Assembly (NCBI GenBank): GCA_964035545.1
Contig: OZ037768.1
Coordinates: forward strand, 19,389,700 to 19,453,699
Reading direction: 5' to 3'
Length of the DNA: 64,000 nt
Source: Bugula neritina
Taxonomy: Eukaryota > Animalia > Bryozoa
Made by a program: the position numbers and the translations under genes
The notes under the pieces: generated by a model
Databases searched by the model: none
Seen by the model: only the letters and a program-made list of their open reading frames with translations
Told to the model about the DNA's origin: nothing
Part shown: one piece after another, positions 26,801 to 39,078 of the stretch
Position numbering within the stretch: the stretch's first letter is position 1
How the letters are laid out: the number at the start of each line of letters is the position of its first letter

Positions 26801-29800
26801 AGAGTATAATATAACACACTATGTAGAGAGTATAATATAACACACTATGTAGAGAGTATAATATAACACACTATGTAGAGAGTATAATATAACACACTAT
26901 GTAGAGAGTATAATATAACACACTATGTAGAGAGTATAATATAACATCTCTGTAGAGAGTATATATAATATAACACACTATGTAGAGTATATAATATAAC
27001 ACACTATGTAGAGAGTATAATATAACATCTCTGTAGAGAGTATACAACTAAAAGACATACAGACTAAAGTCAGCTCACCTGGTATTGTGACAGCAGAGAT
27101 TCACCATTGGGAAACTGCAGACTTCTAAAATAGACAGAAAAATGAATTATGAGTCAATGGTTAATGAATAGTTAGTGCTTACACATACAGCAGATCGACT
27201 TTTAGCGCATGAACCGTTGTATAAAGAGCAAACTCATTAAAAATTTAAAGTTTTGCCGCTACTTAAAATTCTAATCATGCTATAGAATTGTTTGTTTAGG
27301 AGATAGATATTTTGGTATAAGCACACATATTAGCAGTTCAAAAAATTTTTTCAAAAATATTTCTTCATGGGTAACTTTGATGGAAATAAACTGAAAGGAT
27401 TTTTGTGGTTTTGGTTGCTGAGCAATGCTGAAGTGGAACTCTACCATTGCTCAGAAACTAAAACCACAAAAAAATGAATTCAAGTTTATTTTGCTTCACC
27501 AATTTCAATTTGGGAGACCACAACTCTTGATTGTATGGGAGGACATTGGGGACCTTTGAAAGGGGTCTATTGAAAAACAATGAAAATTTACAAGCACCAT
27601 AACTGAAAGAACAGTTCATCACAAAGGGGTGAGTATGCAAACAGAACATGGGGGAGCAACTCCATTGAGTTGACCATCAAACTATAACTACTTTACTATA
27701 GTTATCTGTTATAATAGTGTTACTAACCCTGGAGCAGCAGTCTTCCAAGAAGATGGGGGATTAATCTTTGTGAATTCATCTAGCACCTATTAAATGCAGC
27801 ATACTATAACATATTGTATTCAATTAAGGAGCTGTGCTAAGAAAAAGCTGCAACTTCCACCACCTGACACCCATGTGTACCTTAATGCTACAGGCATAAT
27901 TTAAGTACCTCAAGCAGGAAATGGACTAGAATAGTTTTCAGCCATGTACTGTGGAATCCAAATGAAAATACTTCAGAAAAAATTAAAAACTTGGAATGCC
28001 CACAAATTAATTAGTTAACTGACAATGCTGTATCAATGTGCATTGAAGGTTGGGTTTTCAAGTAGTCAAAGCAAGTGTGTCTTGAGGGACACCCCGGATT
28101 CTATATTTAAAATCAAACATCCTGCTAATATTGCACAAAATTTATCATAATAGAATAATCAATATCTAGTAAAGTTTAATTTGAACAATCATGGGGTACG
28201 TGCCAGAACACCTCAAACATCATATTTTAAATATAGTATCACATGGAATCCTATCTAGCATATAACAATAGGAGCAATCAATATTGTGTGTTATAATTGC
28301 AGAATGTTTATTTTTAGAATTGTACTCCTCATAAACAAAGCTAAAATTGAAGCATATGGAGTAATTATTATTTATTGAAACTTGAACAATAAAGGCTATT
28401 GTAGGTTATATATTAACATATATCAATTTTTGCAGTAGTGTTGAAAATTTTTTATAAAATAGGTTAAGCCAAGAATTGAAGCAGTAAAAGATTTGGAATA
28501 GCATCTAATAATAAGAGGTATGTTAATTTAGCCAACTAACCTCATTTATAATGAAAATATAAATGATTTGATTTATTTATTTACTGTTTTTTGAATGGCT
28601 AAAAGCTTTATAACATTTAATTACAGACTAAAGTTCTAAGACACTTAATCACACAACAGGCCGGAAACCAACTACACAATTTGCTTCTTATTGTTTTGTC
28701 TCGACTATAGATAGAGATGTTCATAAGTAGCCATAAAAATAAAATGTCTTTTCGTCTAACATCAACTAACTTAGCTCATAGCACTAATACTAAAGAACTA
28801 GTACAGAGTAATGAAATTGTTCTAGTACAAGAAAATCAACAGATTTATTGTTAAGCATTTAGATTATGCATCTGAGTGCTTGTAATTAAAGAACCTAAAG
28901 CTCTATCACTCTAATAAATTAATTACAAATATAGTACAGCATGCTGATTACCCACCTTATTGATAAAACTGTGCGCCACTCTCTGTGGGTATTCATGATC
29001 AGCTATGACGACAGCTGATAACCCGTCTGACTGTACAAACACATGACACAAGTAGTCTACAACAATACATCACTGTATACATAACAGAAACTACAAACTA
29101 TCAACAAATATAAGATACATAATACACTACTGATTTCACTTCATATAGGATACTAGCTATTAAGTAGTTACCTACCTTTCTCTTTTACGGAAGCCCTGGC
29201 TCCAACAGTTGTTCTTTCAACAATGAGCTTACTTGTGAAGTTCATGAATTCTTTGACACTAGAATGTATACGTTATACAAGTCATACTACATTTTCATGC
29301 ATTCAAACGAAACTTACAGCTCTGTATTTTCACCATATAAGTCAATTGCATGCTTGAAATATGGGTAGGCCTAAGAATGAAATTAGCATATAACCAGGCG
29401 TTTGAAAATGTTTTTGGGAACTCAAGTTGAAAATACACAGAAATAAAAGATTAACTGACTCATAATCTAAAGTTTCCATGGCTTTGTATTTAGCCTGAGT
29501 TACAATTCAGTAAGAGCATAATGTCCTAAAATCATTCTATTTTGCATTGAGCCTTTCAACTACAGTGCAAAGTTAATTTTTTTAATTTAAAAAACATAGC
29601 AAAACCAAAACGTATCAATTAAACATCTACCAATGACAACTACTGCAACCCATGTCCCAGCAATTATTTGAGAGATAATCTCCACTTATTATGTTGAAGA
29701 GACCCAATTATAAATCTATACAAGTAATGAAAGAAATGGAAACATTCAACACATTCAATGTGAATAGATTTGGGTTGATTACAACTTCAGGAGTGTGCAT

Positions 29801-30327
29801 GCTGTTGCTGAATAGCAATTTGCTAGCAGTTTAAAGATCTATAATGAAGCTTAGACTTGACACTTGAAACTATTTTTTAAACACTGGAAAATTTATAGTC
29901 ACCAGAGCAGCTGGGCAATGAGATGTTAGGAGTTGGAGCCAAAATATGATCCATAACTTTTTTGCAAAAAAAGGCTTTTGGAAATGTAAGCAGTAGAATT
30001 TTATTCTTAAACAGATGCAATGCAACATATTTATGTGTGTTTTATTTCTTCAACTTGCTTTGTATACTTAAATTTGGATCTGATTAACAGATAACATACA
30101 AGGCTACCCAGCAGACAAAATATCTTATATGGAAGGATAGACATAAGTGCTATGGAAACTGGATTATCTAAAGCAAAGTGAATTGATAGTATAACGAATT
30201 CACTACTAGTCAATTACCTGGATCTTTGAAAGAAACTGAAGGTGGACAAGTCATGTGCGGCATACAGCTGAGTAACTTTCGCAGAGCTCGGCTCTTTGTA
30301 GAACACTTCTAAAGCAACCAGCTTCAT
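23803..30327 (-). CDS. YKT6: Synaptobrevin homolog YKT6 (longin R-SNARE), 201 aa, 8 coding exons
   Basis: Exons 30327-30218, 29258-29176, 29056-28956, 27786-27728, 27124-27079, 25271-25206, 24560-24459, 23841-23803 give MKLVALEVFYK...FSFFQRSSVKEFMNFTSKLIVERT...DYLCHVFV...EYPQRVA...YQNPRESD...VQAEVDETKVILH...[37 protein letters not shown]. Confidence 0.97.
24877..25090. repeat. 21-bp minisatellite, ~10 copies
   Basis: (CAAATGTAGACAGTTTCCTAA)n in YKT6 intron 6. Confidence 0.97.
25399..27044. repeat. 26-bp minisatellite, roughly 60-65 copies
   Basis: (TATAATATAACACACTATGTAGAGAG)n with 24/26/28-bp variants; fills most of YKT6 intron 5. Confidence 0.98.
27381..27600. repeat. Second copy of the hairpin-containing interspersed repeat
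   Basis: ggatttttgtggttttggttgctgagcaatgctgaa...cattgctcagaaactaaaaccacaaaaa plus the ttgggag...gggtctatt block, matching 9087-9470. Confidence 0.75.
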
Positions 30328-31210
30328 TATAGCTCGGTGTGATTGAAGTCTCTAAAACCAAAAAGTAAAATACATAATTTTTTTAATTAAGCAGATGAAA
30401 ATGTTAGAATTTGTAGACTACACTAACTTTAGTATGGCTACTTGTTTATAGTAAGTATAAACGATTATCTTTTTATTTTATATCTCATAAAATTCAAAAT
30501 ACATAAAAATATAAGGAGTTTAATGTTACACTGAACAAGCATTTTATTGGTTTAATAGAAAGTGAGACTTACTTTAAACTTTTTTCAAATTAGCAAAATG
30601 GTGATTGTAATTTACTTATGATTTATATTATAGTAGAGCAAAACGTTGAGCAAAATTTTACTTTGGATTATTTGTTATAGCCTTGGGTATAACCTCCCCC
30701 AAAAAATAAACTAACTAGAAGCATTTTTTTATTTTTTTCATTATTTTCTTTTTATTACCTTTATTGAAAAAATATTTCTGATTTTCAACTTTGTATATAT
30801 GGATTTTGAGTATCAATCATTATTATAGAATCTACAGTATAATAATGATATATTGCAACGATTATAGTGACTGATAATGATAAAACGATTATCAAGTGAT
30901 TAGGACACTAGTGATAACTCTTCATTAAACAGGCATGTTCACCCTAAATTGCAGTTGTGAGTTGTACTACTACTATAAGTATAATTATCAATTATAATTA
31001 CTGATAGTATTATTAACCAGAAAACCAGTAACTTTAAATCCATCCGGATCAGTGAATCTAGGTCAATGGTAGAAGACTTCACCAGCCTAAACTGTAGCAT
31101 AACAGTAACAGGTAATGATAAGAGTGATAATTATAATAATTTTCATGAAAAAATGATAATGATAATAATTCCAGCATCAGTATGTCATATTTAATATGAA
31201 TATAAATATC

Positions 31211-31695
31211 GGGTGCAGGTCATTTCGTACGCATGTCATTTCGTGCCCACTTTTTCAGGTCGTTTCGTACACATCTGATTGGCTGTTTCGTACACATATA
31301 CATAAATTAATTTAAACTTGTAAATATTTTTTTGATATTTATTTGTTATTTGATGTATGAGTAGTACAGCAATAATAGATTAATATAAAACATTAGCATT
31401 GATCAAAATAAAACCAAAAAAGTAGTAGCGTATTCAATAATGATTTATAATGATATAAAAATAAAGATCAACGCATTTAATTTTATCATAGATAATAGAT
31501 TAATATAAAACATTGATCTATAGGCGGCCTGGGTTGCAATAAATTAGTAAACTAGTATCATTTAACTTTCAACTGATTATCCAATGAATTAATTTATTAT
31601 TCATTTTGGGTACGAAATGGATAGCAGTTTGTGTACATTTTTTATACAAAACAACTGGTGTACGAAATGATTTGTGTACAAAATGACAGTAACTC
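31211..31695 (+). mobile_element. Non-autonomous DNA transposon (MITE) with imperfect TIRs and 8-bp TSD
   Basis: Ends gggtgcaggtcatttcgtac / gtacaaaatgacagtaactc, subterminal (t)ttcgtac repeats; TSD taaatatc at 31203-31210 and 31696-31703; inverted second copy at 58680-59145. Confidence 0.8.
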
Positions 31696-33830
31696 TAAAT
31701 ATCAACATGCAATACTTAAAAGCTTAAACTTTAAGTTATAACTTATAGCTTATTTATAATATTAATTGCAAATAAGAATATAATTACTATGGTTATCATC
31801 ATGCAGCTGTCACATGATATTATAATAATAATTAGTCTAACCCACTACTAGTATTACTATTAGTATTAGTATTACTAGTGCTCTATCTATTACTTATCAC
31901 TTAGGCCCCATTCACTGTCCCTTGTGTTAACTGTTAGTGCTACCATTAAGTCTTAGTGTTAAGTAAAAGAACTACTTCAAGTAAACTTAAAATTAAATTT
32001 GATGCCTATAGAGTATGACAGTATAACTATGAGTATAACTATAAGTATATATTGATAATTAAAATCATAATGATAATGGCATTGGCTTAAGCTTATAAAA
32101 TTAAATCTTCATTACTACTACTATTAGTATTAGTATAAGTATTAGTATTACTATTAGTATCACCATAACTATGACTGACTATCAGTATCACTATCACTAT
32201 CACTGTAAGTGTATCAGTATCACTATGATACAGTGACTATGACTATCAGTTATCAGTTGATGTTATCAGTAGGCTAATGAGTTGCTACTAAATTTAAATT
32301 TAAAAAAAGTTTACTTGTAGCTTTTAGCTAATTAATCTAAACTTCAAATTTAAATTGGTAAATCACTAAATATCCAATTTAAACAAAAACTGACCCTCAA
32401 ACTCAAACTGAAACTGAAGACGAAGTTCAAATCGTTTAGTTTTACCTTAAACTAAAACTTTCTTTGGGGTTTGGTAGACTAATTACACCAGTTTTGTAAC
32501 ATTGATAAGTGCAAGATATGTTTAAGACAGCTATGTCATCTGAAGTAAACAAAAAGAAATGAGTATTACACTTACTGTGAATATGAGACTCGTATGACCC
32601 TGACTCACGATTACGTAGTATTGTTTTAGTATTTTCTGACTACTATTATCTGACTGCTGTTACACCGGAAATGACTTTTCTACTTGGGCCTCTACAATAG
32701 CAAGTGTGTACCAAAGTTGGTGTCAACTCTAGTCAAGGCCAAGTACCAGAAATGTATGTTCAGTTGTTTATATTATGATGTTTAAAATTTTAAAAACTTA
32801 CTATTATTTTGAACAAATTAATTTAAAATATTTGCCTATTGAAGTTCTAATTTGATAAAACTTTCCTGTTGTTGTAGCAACCAGTATGATACGCTTCGCG
32901 CTTTATCGGTACACCCTAAGTAAACTCAAATGGACAATGCACAGTTCCAGTGACAGTGATTATGCCGTAGAATTGTAATATAGATGCCAAGAGCATGACA
33001 AACAGATTAAAATATTACTTACTAGAAGTATATAAATTGTTATTTTATTGCATCATTGTTTATTTTAGTCATTAATGTATAATGTAGTATAGGCCTCTAA
33101 ATTTAAATGGGCTTGATAACGCTAACTCTAAGACTAAGAGTAAGAGTAAGAGTAAGATTAGGACGGACTGAGTAACACTAACTGTAAATGATTAAATCAC
33201 TAGTCTAACAGATAAGTAACGACTTCAAGTTATAACCATCAACTTTTAGTAATAACTTTTGTTTTGAGATTATTTCCAGGCTTTGCTTTTTTAGTTTTAG
33301 GCTTTATGTTGTCAGTTTTTTATTGAGTCAAAGTCGCAGCAAATTAACTTTAAGTTAATGGCTAATCAGTAAGCAGCTAATGAGTAATCAAGTCAAGCAA
33401 TGCTTCAAGCAAAATAAATTCAAGCTAATTATTCATTCAATGACCTAAACTAACTTGAGTAACTTAAAAATTGTAATTTGATACAAAATATGGAATAAGC
33501 AATGGTTTTTTTAAAAAGTGATCTACATAAAATAGATCATGATGAATAAATAAATTTATTTAGCCTACTTTGAAGTGTGAACACGGCTTAAATTTTTTTT
33601 GCATTTTGGAATTTTAGCTAGAGCTAGTTGATTTGATTAGAAACAGTTTCAGTTTTACATTTATTGAAACATATTTAATTGATGGCTAAACTTAGATTGT
33701 TGGAATCTCTTTGCTAACCCAAATTGATATATGACTAAATGCTGCAGCTATTGACTTTTGCCTACATTATATATTTGCTACTTTGTAAATACTAATATAT
33801 GATTTACTAACAAATGAAAACACCTAATAT

Positions 33831-34136
33831 TGTGGTGGTTCGTGGAACTACCAGCAGCACAACATGTAGGGTCGCGTAATTGACCCGGAACAATGGATAG
33901 CCAATTAGCGTAGTTGATAGTTAGCAGCAATTGTAGTTTCCCGCTGCTAACTCAGTCGAAGCTAGAGTGTGAAATAGATTAGATGTGTAACTTGTCGGAA
34001 ATAATGTATCGTGTTTTTGTAATGTATAGTTGTGTATAAAATATACTCGTTCACTCGACTTAGCCTGGTGTAGTTCTATACTAGATAAATAGACTCTCTG
34101 GATAGCATATCAACCCTAAATCTGAAAAACATAACA
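33831..34136 (+). repeat. 5' LTR
   Basis: TGTGG...TAACA; direct repeat of 38773-39078; TATAAAA near 34035. Confidence 0.97.
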
Positions 34137-34137
34137 G

Positions 34138-34155
34138 TGGTGGCAGCGGTGGGAT
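34138..34155 (+). other. Primer-binding site complementary to the tRNA-Leu 3' end
   Basis: TGGTGGCAGCGGTGGGAT, 1 nt after the LTR; its reverse complement ATCCCACCGCTGCCACCA is a eukaryotic tRNA-Leu 3' end. Confidence 0.85.
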
Positions 34156-34167
34156 AGTGCATCCAAG

Positions 34168-35070
34168 ATGGAGACTGAAAATGCTGAAACTCAACCACCG
34201 GCAATCGAAGGTGAGCGTAGAGACAATGCTGTAGAGACAATGCCTGTTAACCATGTAGTAGAAGAGCGAAGGGTTCCGCGAGAACTAGCTGAAGACCGCT
34301 ACAGGTTAAAGGCGCCCACCTTCACGGGTGAAGAGGAGGTGGAACAATTTATTCAAGAGTTTAGCGACGTAATGGACGTCGCTCAGTGGCCCCCTAGGGT
34401 GGCCCTGCTGAAGCTTAGAATGGCATTGATGGACAAAGCCAAGCCCTATGGGCTGGGCGTAGACATTGATAATATCTTTGCTTCTCTGCGGGCCCGCTTT
34501 GGCCTCTCGGCTACAGATGCCAGGGCCCGATTACAGAGGTTGCGGCGTGATCCCCGCACCCCGCTGCGGGAGCATGCCGCCGCGGTCATGAAGCTGGCAC
34601 AGATCGCGTACAGCGACTTGCCCCCAGTCAACCGCGAGAGGTACACCCTCGACGCTTTCATAGCATCTGTCGACGATCTGGGTCTCCACCACCAGTTTCT
34701 AGCTAGGGGAGTCACCACCGTTGAAGATGCTCTGACTGAGGGGGAAGCTTACCTCCTAGCTAACCAAATGCATAAAAGTCGCGGAAGCTCCCGCCAAGTG
34801 GAGATAGACCGCGCAGACACGGCCGCGGGACAAGGGGAGGAAACCCCCGCCGCGGCTGCCGTGTCCCAGTTGGCGACGGCATCAAAAGTCACTCAACTGA
34901 CGGACATGCTAGCCAAGCTGATAGCAACACTGACACCGCAAAACCCAGTGAGTACCGCCCCTGAGCCCATGCGGCCATCGGCGCCGCCACAGGGAGAAAC
35001 AGTCAGTTTTTGCTGGGAGTGCGGAAATCAAGGACATTTCCTACTACAGCAAGTCTCTCTCTCCCGCTGA
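34168..35070 (+). CDS. gag: Gag, truncated within the CCHC knuckle
   Basis: 300-aa ORF directly after the PBS; capsid-like helical region; CWECGNQGHF lacks the final Cys because of the deletion junction at ~35040. Confidence 0.85.
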   Translation: METENAETQPPAIEGERRDNAVETMPVNHVVEERRVPRELAEDRYRLKAPTFTGEEEVEQFIQEFSDVMDVAQWPPRVALLKLRMALMDKAKPYGLGVDIDNIFASLRARFGLSATDARARLQRLRRDPRTPLREHAAAVMKLAQIAYSDLPPVNRERYTLDAFIASVDDLGLHHQFLARGVTTVEDALTEGEAYLLANQMHKSRGSSRQVEIDRADTAAGQGEETPAAAAVSQLATASKVTQLTDMLAKLIATLTPQNPVSTAPEPMRPSAPPQGETVSFCWECGNQGHFLLQQVSLSR

Positions 35071-37384
35071 ACGAAATTACTGCACTACCCGCAAGGAGCT
35101 GCTGGCAGTAATCAAGTCAGTGAAGCACTTCAGACCATACCTATATGGCAGGAAGTTCCGGCTGCGTACGGATCATGCCTCGCTGATCTGGTTGTGCAGG
35201 AGAGCAGAGCCCTCTAGTCAGGTCGCCCGGTGGCTCGAAATCTTAGCTGAATTCTCGTACCGGATCGAACACCGACTGGGCAAGAGACACAGCAATGCGG
35301 ATGGGTTGAGTCGCCGACCTGACGGAGGTTGCAAACAGTGTCTCAACATCGAGAGGAGGGATGGAGGTCCCCCACGATGTGAGTTGGAGACGCTGGCTCA
35401 TCACGGAGCACCGTTTGACTGGGATCAAGGTCAACTCAGGCAAAGAGTTGACGAGTCCCCGGAGGATGTACAAAACCTCCGCGCCAACCCTGTACTGGCC
35501 GGTAATGTTTGAGAGCTGAAGAAGCTCCAAGAAGAGCTGCCTGGAGTCGTGGCAGACATCTACCGGGCCAAAAAGGAAGGGCGACGACCCAGCGAGGAAC
35601 GCATACGACAGGGATGCGCCGAGTTCCGGCTATACTGTCAGCGTTGGGACTCGCTGCGGATCGGGCAGGATGGGTTGCTAACCATCTCTCTAGCTGCCAG
35701 CGGCAGACACCCGGGAAGGAAGAGGGTAGTCTGCCCCACAGCCATCCGCCGTGAGTTGATTTGGGATACTCACAAGCAGGCCCACGCAGGGGTCAAGCGA
35801 GTGATATCCAAATTACGACTCCGGTGGTATTGGCCGCAGATGGAGCGTGACGTCCGGCTCAGAGTCAAACAGTGTGAGATCTGCCAGGCCAGTAAGCATA
35901 GCCGCCCCCCTTGTGAAGCAGGACGGCGGAGGCTATATGCTGGTAGGCCCTGGCAGGTAGTCGCTGTAGACCTGGTCGGACCCATGCCCATGACCCCCAG
36001 AGGCAATAATTGGATCCTAGTACTAACCGACCACTTTACTAGGTGGGCGGATGCTCTGGCTATCCCAGATGCATCAGCCCCAACAGTGGCCAGGGCACTA
36101 GACCAACATGTATTCTGTTATTTTGGGCTTCCCGAACAGATACACTCTGATCAAGGCGCTCAATTCCAGTCTCAACTGATGAGCGACCTTTGCCACCTCT
36201 GGGGAGTAAATCAGAGCAGGACCACCCCCTACCACCCTCAAGGTAACGGGGTGGTGGAGCGCAACAACCGGATGCTAGGTGATGCGCTCCGGAGTCTCCT
36301 CCTTGGACGAGGTCAAGAGGAATGGGATACGGTGTTGCCGCAAGTCATGCGTGCATACCGTAGCACCCCACACACCAGTACTGGTGAGACCCCAAACCTC
36401 TTGATGCTCGGGAGAGAGACTCGTGTCCCTGACCATCTCACCTATCACGTTCCAGAGCAAGATAACTCAGTCCACGAGTATGCCAGTGAACTAGTGGAAC
36501 GGATGAAGGCCGCACACGATATACTGCGCCAACAGCAGTGGAAGGTGCGGCACGAAGATTCCGATGAACCACCTCTCTATCAAAGGGGAGATAAGGTGTG
36601 GATGGTCAATTACCGTAGGCGCCGCGGACAGGCTGATAAGCTGAAGCCTAAGTTCGTAGGCCCCTACGTGGTCGTCGAGGCTATGCCCAATCATACGTAC
36701 AAGATTGAGCGCTCAGGACAGGTGTCTATCCAGAATGAGTCTCGCTTGAAACCGTATTGGGCTAGCCCTGACGGAGTGGGAGAAGCCCCCCCGTTGTTAG
36801 AGCCCAGGAGGCAGACAACGACGCGCGGGCGACGGCGGCATGGACCTGAATACGAAGTGGTCATACCGCGGGAAGAAAACTTGGTGAGAGAGGAGCGGCA
36901 GCTTCTACCAACAGAAGCGTGTCCGCCACCGCCAAGTCTGATTCCATCACTTCCAGAAACCGAGCCGGTTCCGGAAGTGCAAACCCCCACGGAGGGAGGG
37001 GCTCCATCCGGAGAACAAGAAGAGGTGACTGCTGACGGTGAAGTAGAGACGCCATTAGAGGCCCCTACTAACGAACCGGCAAGCGTGTCACCCCCCCTAG
37101 AGAGGGGACAGCGTACGAGACAACCCCCCGCATACTTGAAAGACTTCGTATGTGACTGCGTTAAAAGCGGCACACATGAAAGTCTAGGGGAAAACCGTAC
37201 GAGAAAAGAATCGAGCAAATGTGGGAGTTGTCAACACCACGGAAATATCAACTTTTGTATCGGCGGAAGTAGAAACAAAATTCATCCGCCGGGTGCACAA
37301 AGTCTTAATCACGCACCCCAACCACGTTGCTCGATCTTTTCATACGCTGATGCAGTCAAGAGTAGACGTGTTTCTAAGCAGTAG
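35042..37384 (+). pseudogene. pol: pol remnant: C-terminal half of RNase H plus integrase (HHCC, DDE, GPY)
   Basis: YYSKSLSPAERNYCTTRKELLAV...FRLRTDH...NADGLSR; in-frame TGA at 35510-35512; then HKQAH..CEIC, VAVDLVGP, IHSDQG, PQGNGVVERNN, GPYVV, RTRQPPAYLKDF. No protease or RT motifs. Confidence 0.92.
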
Positions 37385-37408
37385 TTCAAACCATTTCACA
37401 TATTCAGT

Positions 37409-38485
37409 ATGTCTTACGACGACAGATCGTGGGGTGAGTTAACTATATCTTAATACGAAACTAGATTGCATCGCTCAGCTCTGACTCACTGAGTCAATCG
37501 AGCTGGAGATAGGTTAGTGAAATACCGTAGTAAGAACTCAGTTTGACTTAGAGATTTTCATAATCTCATTGCAATACGGTTCTATCTGACTATTCACTAT
37601 CATTAATCTCTACGAGGTAACTGAATTAGGAGTTGCCAAGCTGTTCAAGCTGACAACACAGCAGTGTAATGTACTAACACTGTTGAAACTTTTTCAGATT
37701 ACACTCGACCCGCTACAACCAGGGTACGGGATAGAACACTTCCCGCTCCGTATCCGGAGGACTATACTAGTGGCGACCGGCCTGAGCCACTACGCCGCCG
37801 TTGGCGGTGGGTGTCTCCACAAACCGAAGAAGAAATAGAAACAGCCTGGGGGTCCAGAGGACGGACGAGATGCCAGATCTGTGGTGAAGATTGCGCCTCC
37901 CACCGCTCCCTTAAACTACACGTCAATGCTCATCTCCTACTGACCTTCTGCCCCTGCGGGTACAATGATGTGTATCCCTACCCCGTCACCAGACACAGAG
38001 CGGCGGGCTGTTTCCCTGGAGAAAACTATGTGGTCGACGCTAAGCTGTACCCGGAGTTCCTCACATATATACGACCTCTGGTAAAGAAGGCCATGCTATT
38101 AGCCGTTCTATCCTCGGGGTTCCAACGTGTGTTAGACAACGCCCGCCAACAATCCCCGTTGGTGTCTGACCGCCCTCAAATTACATACACCCCCGAGGAA
38201 ACTACATATCCAGAAGAAGGAGAGATCTCCCCTACCCCGGCAAAGAGACGGACCAGGTCCCCCAGTCCACCCTTACGCCGCAGACGGACACCGTCCCCCG
38301 ACCCGGTACGACTAGCCACAGTAGAAGAACGCCTCCTACGATTACAAGAAGAGTTCACCCAGCTGGCACCAGACCTACTTAACACTACAACAGGACTCTT
38401 CCAGCTCAAGGGATCCGTATGCCGTATGAAACGGAAACTGCGTACATGCCAAGCCAAGCACCGGCGTGCCCAACAAGGACTCTAG
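37409..38485 (+). CDS. Predicted spliced accessory ORF3 of the gypsy element (C2H2 zinc finger, RS/Pro-rich basic tract, coiled coil), ~270 aa
   Basis: Exon a 37409-37433 (ATG...TGG G|GTGAGT), intron 37434-37697 (ends ttttcag), exon b 37698-38485 open in the matching phase; CQICGEDCASHRSLKLHVNAH, CPCG..H...C, RRTRSPSPPLRRRRTPSP. Confidence 0.7.
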
Positions 38486-38772
38486 TTAGACTACTCGGGG
38501 TACTCCAACTCTGCCTCTCGGGGGAAGCCCAGATGTCATGTAAATGTTTGACTGCTTAACAGGTTATCCCCTGTCTAACACCACAGCTAGCTAGTATTCC
38601 TCGTCTATCTACAGCTGGCCAATTGTATGCAACGGATCGTTATAATGACTCTGTCTATTATTATGTCTCTTCCTGTATATCATGTATTATTTTGTCCACT
38701 GATGTATGCAATTACTATTGAATGTTTTTTTATATATATATCAGAAAGATGGCTTTCTGCTGGTGGGGGCGG

Positions 38773-39078
38773 TGTGGTGGTTCGTGGAACTACCAGCAGC
38801 ACAACATGTAGGGTCGCGTAATTGACCCGGAACAATGGATAGCCAATTAGCGTAGTTGATAGTTAGCAGCAATTGTAGTTTCCCGCTGCTAACTCAGTCG
38901 AAGCTAGAGTGTGAAATAGATTAGATGTGTAACTTGTCGGAAATAATGTATCGTGTTTTTGTAATGTATAGTTGTGTATAAAATATACTCGTTCACTCGA
39001 CTTAGCCTGGTGTAGTTCTATACTAGATAAATAGACTCTCTGGATAGCATATCAACCCTAAATCTGAAAAACATAACA
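38773..39078 (+). repeat. 3' LTR
   Basis: Copy of 33831-34136, preceded by ggtgggggcgg and followed by the TSD. Confidence 0.97.

Larger units (their letters stand above)
33831..39078 (+). mobile_element. Ty3/gypsy LTR retrotransposon, internally deleted, recent insertion
   Basis: TG...CA LTRs 33831-34136 and 38773-39078 (306 bp, identical by eye); TSD ATAT at 33827-33830 and 39079-39082; PBS; G-rich PPT before 38773; gag, then RNase H, then integrase order. Confidence 0.97.

Noticed and set aside
25399-27044. CRISPR-like array
   Set aside because: Head-to-tail repeats without unique spacers, no cas genes, eukaryotic intron.
35510-35512. Programmed read-through or selenocysteine at the pol TGA
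   Set aside because: It lies between RNase H and integrase in an already deleted element with no recognisable read-through context; a CGA-to-TGA mutation is simpler.
34446-38457. Antisense and overlapping ORFs in the gypsy element
   Set aside because: Expected shadows of GC-rich coding sequence; no recognisable motifs.
37811-38485. ORF3 as an env gene
   Set aside because: No signal peptide, fusion-peptide context or transmembrane helix; it has zinc-finger and basic tracts instead.
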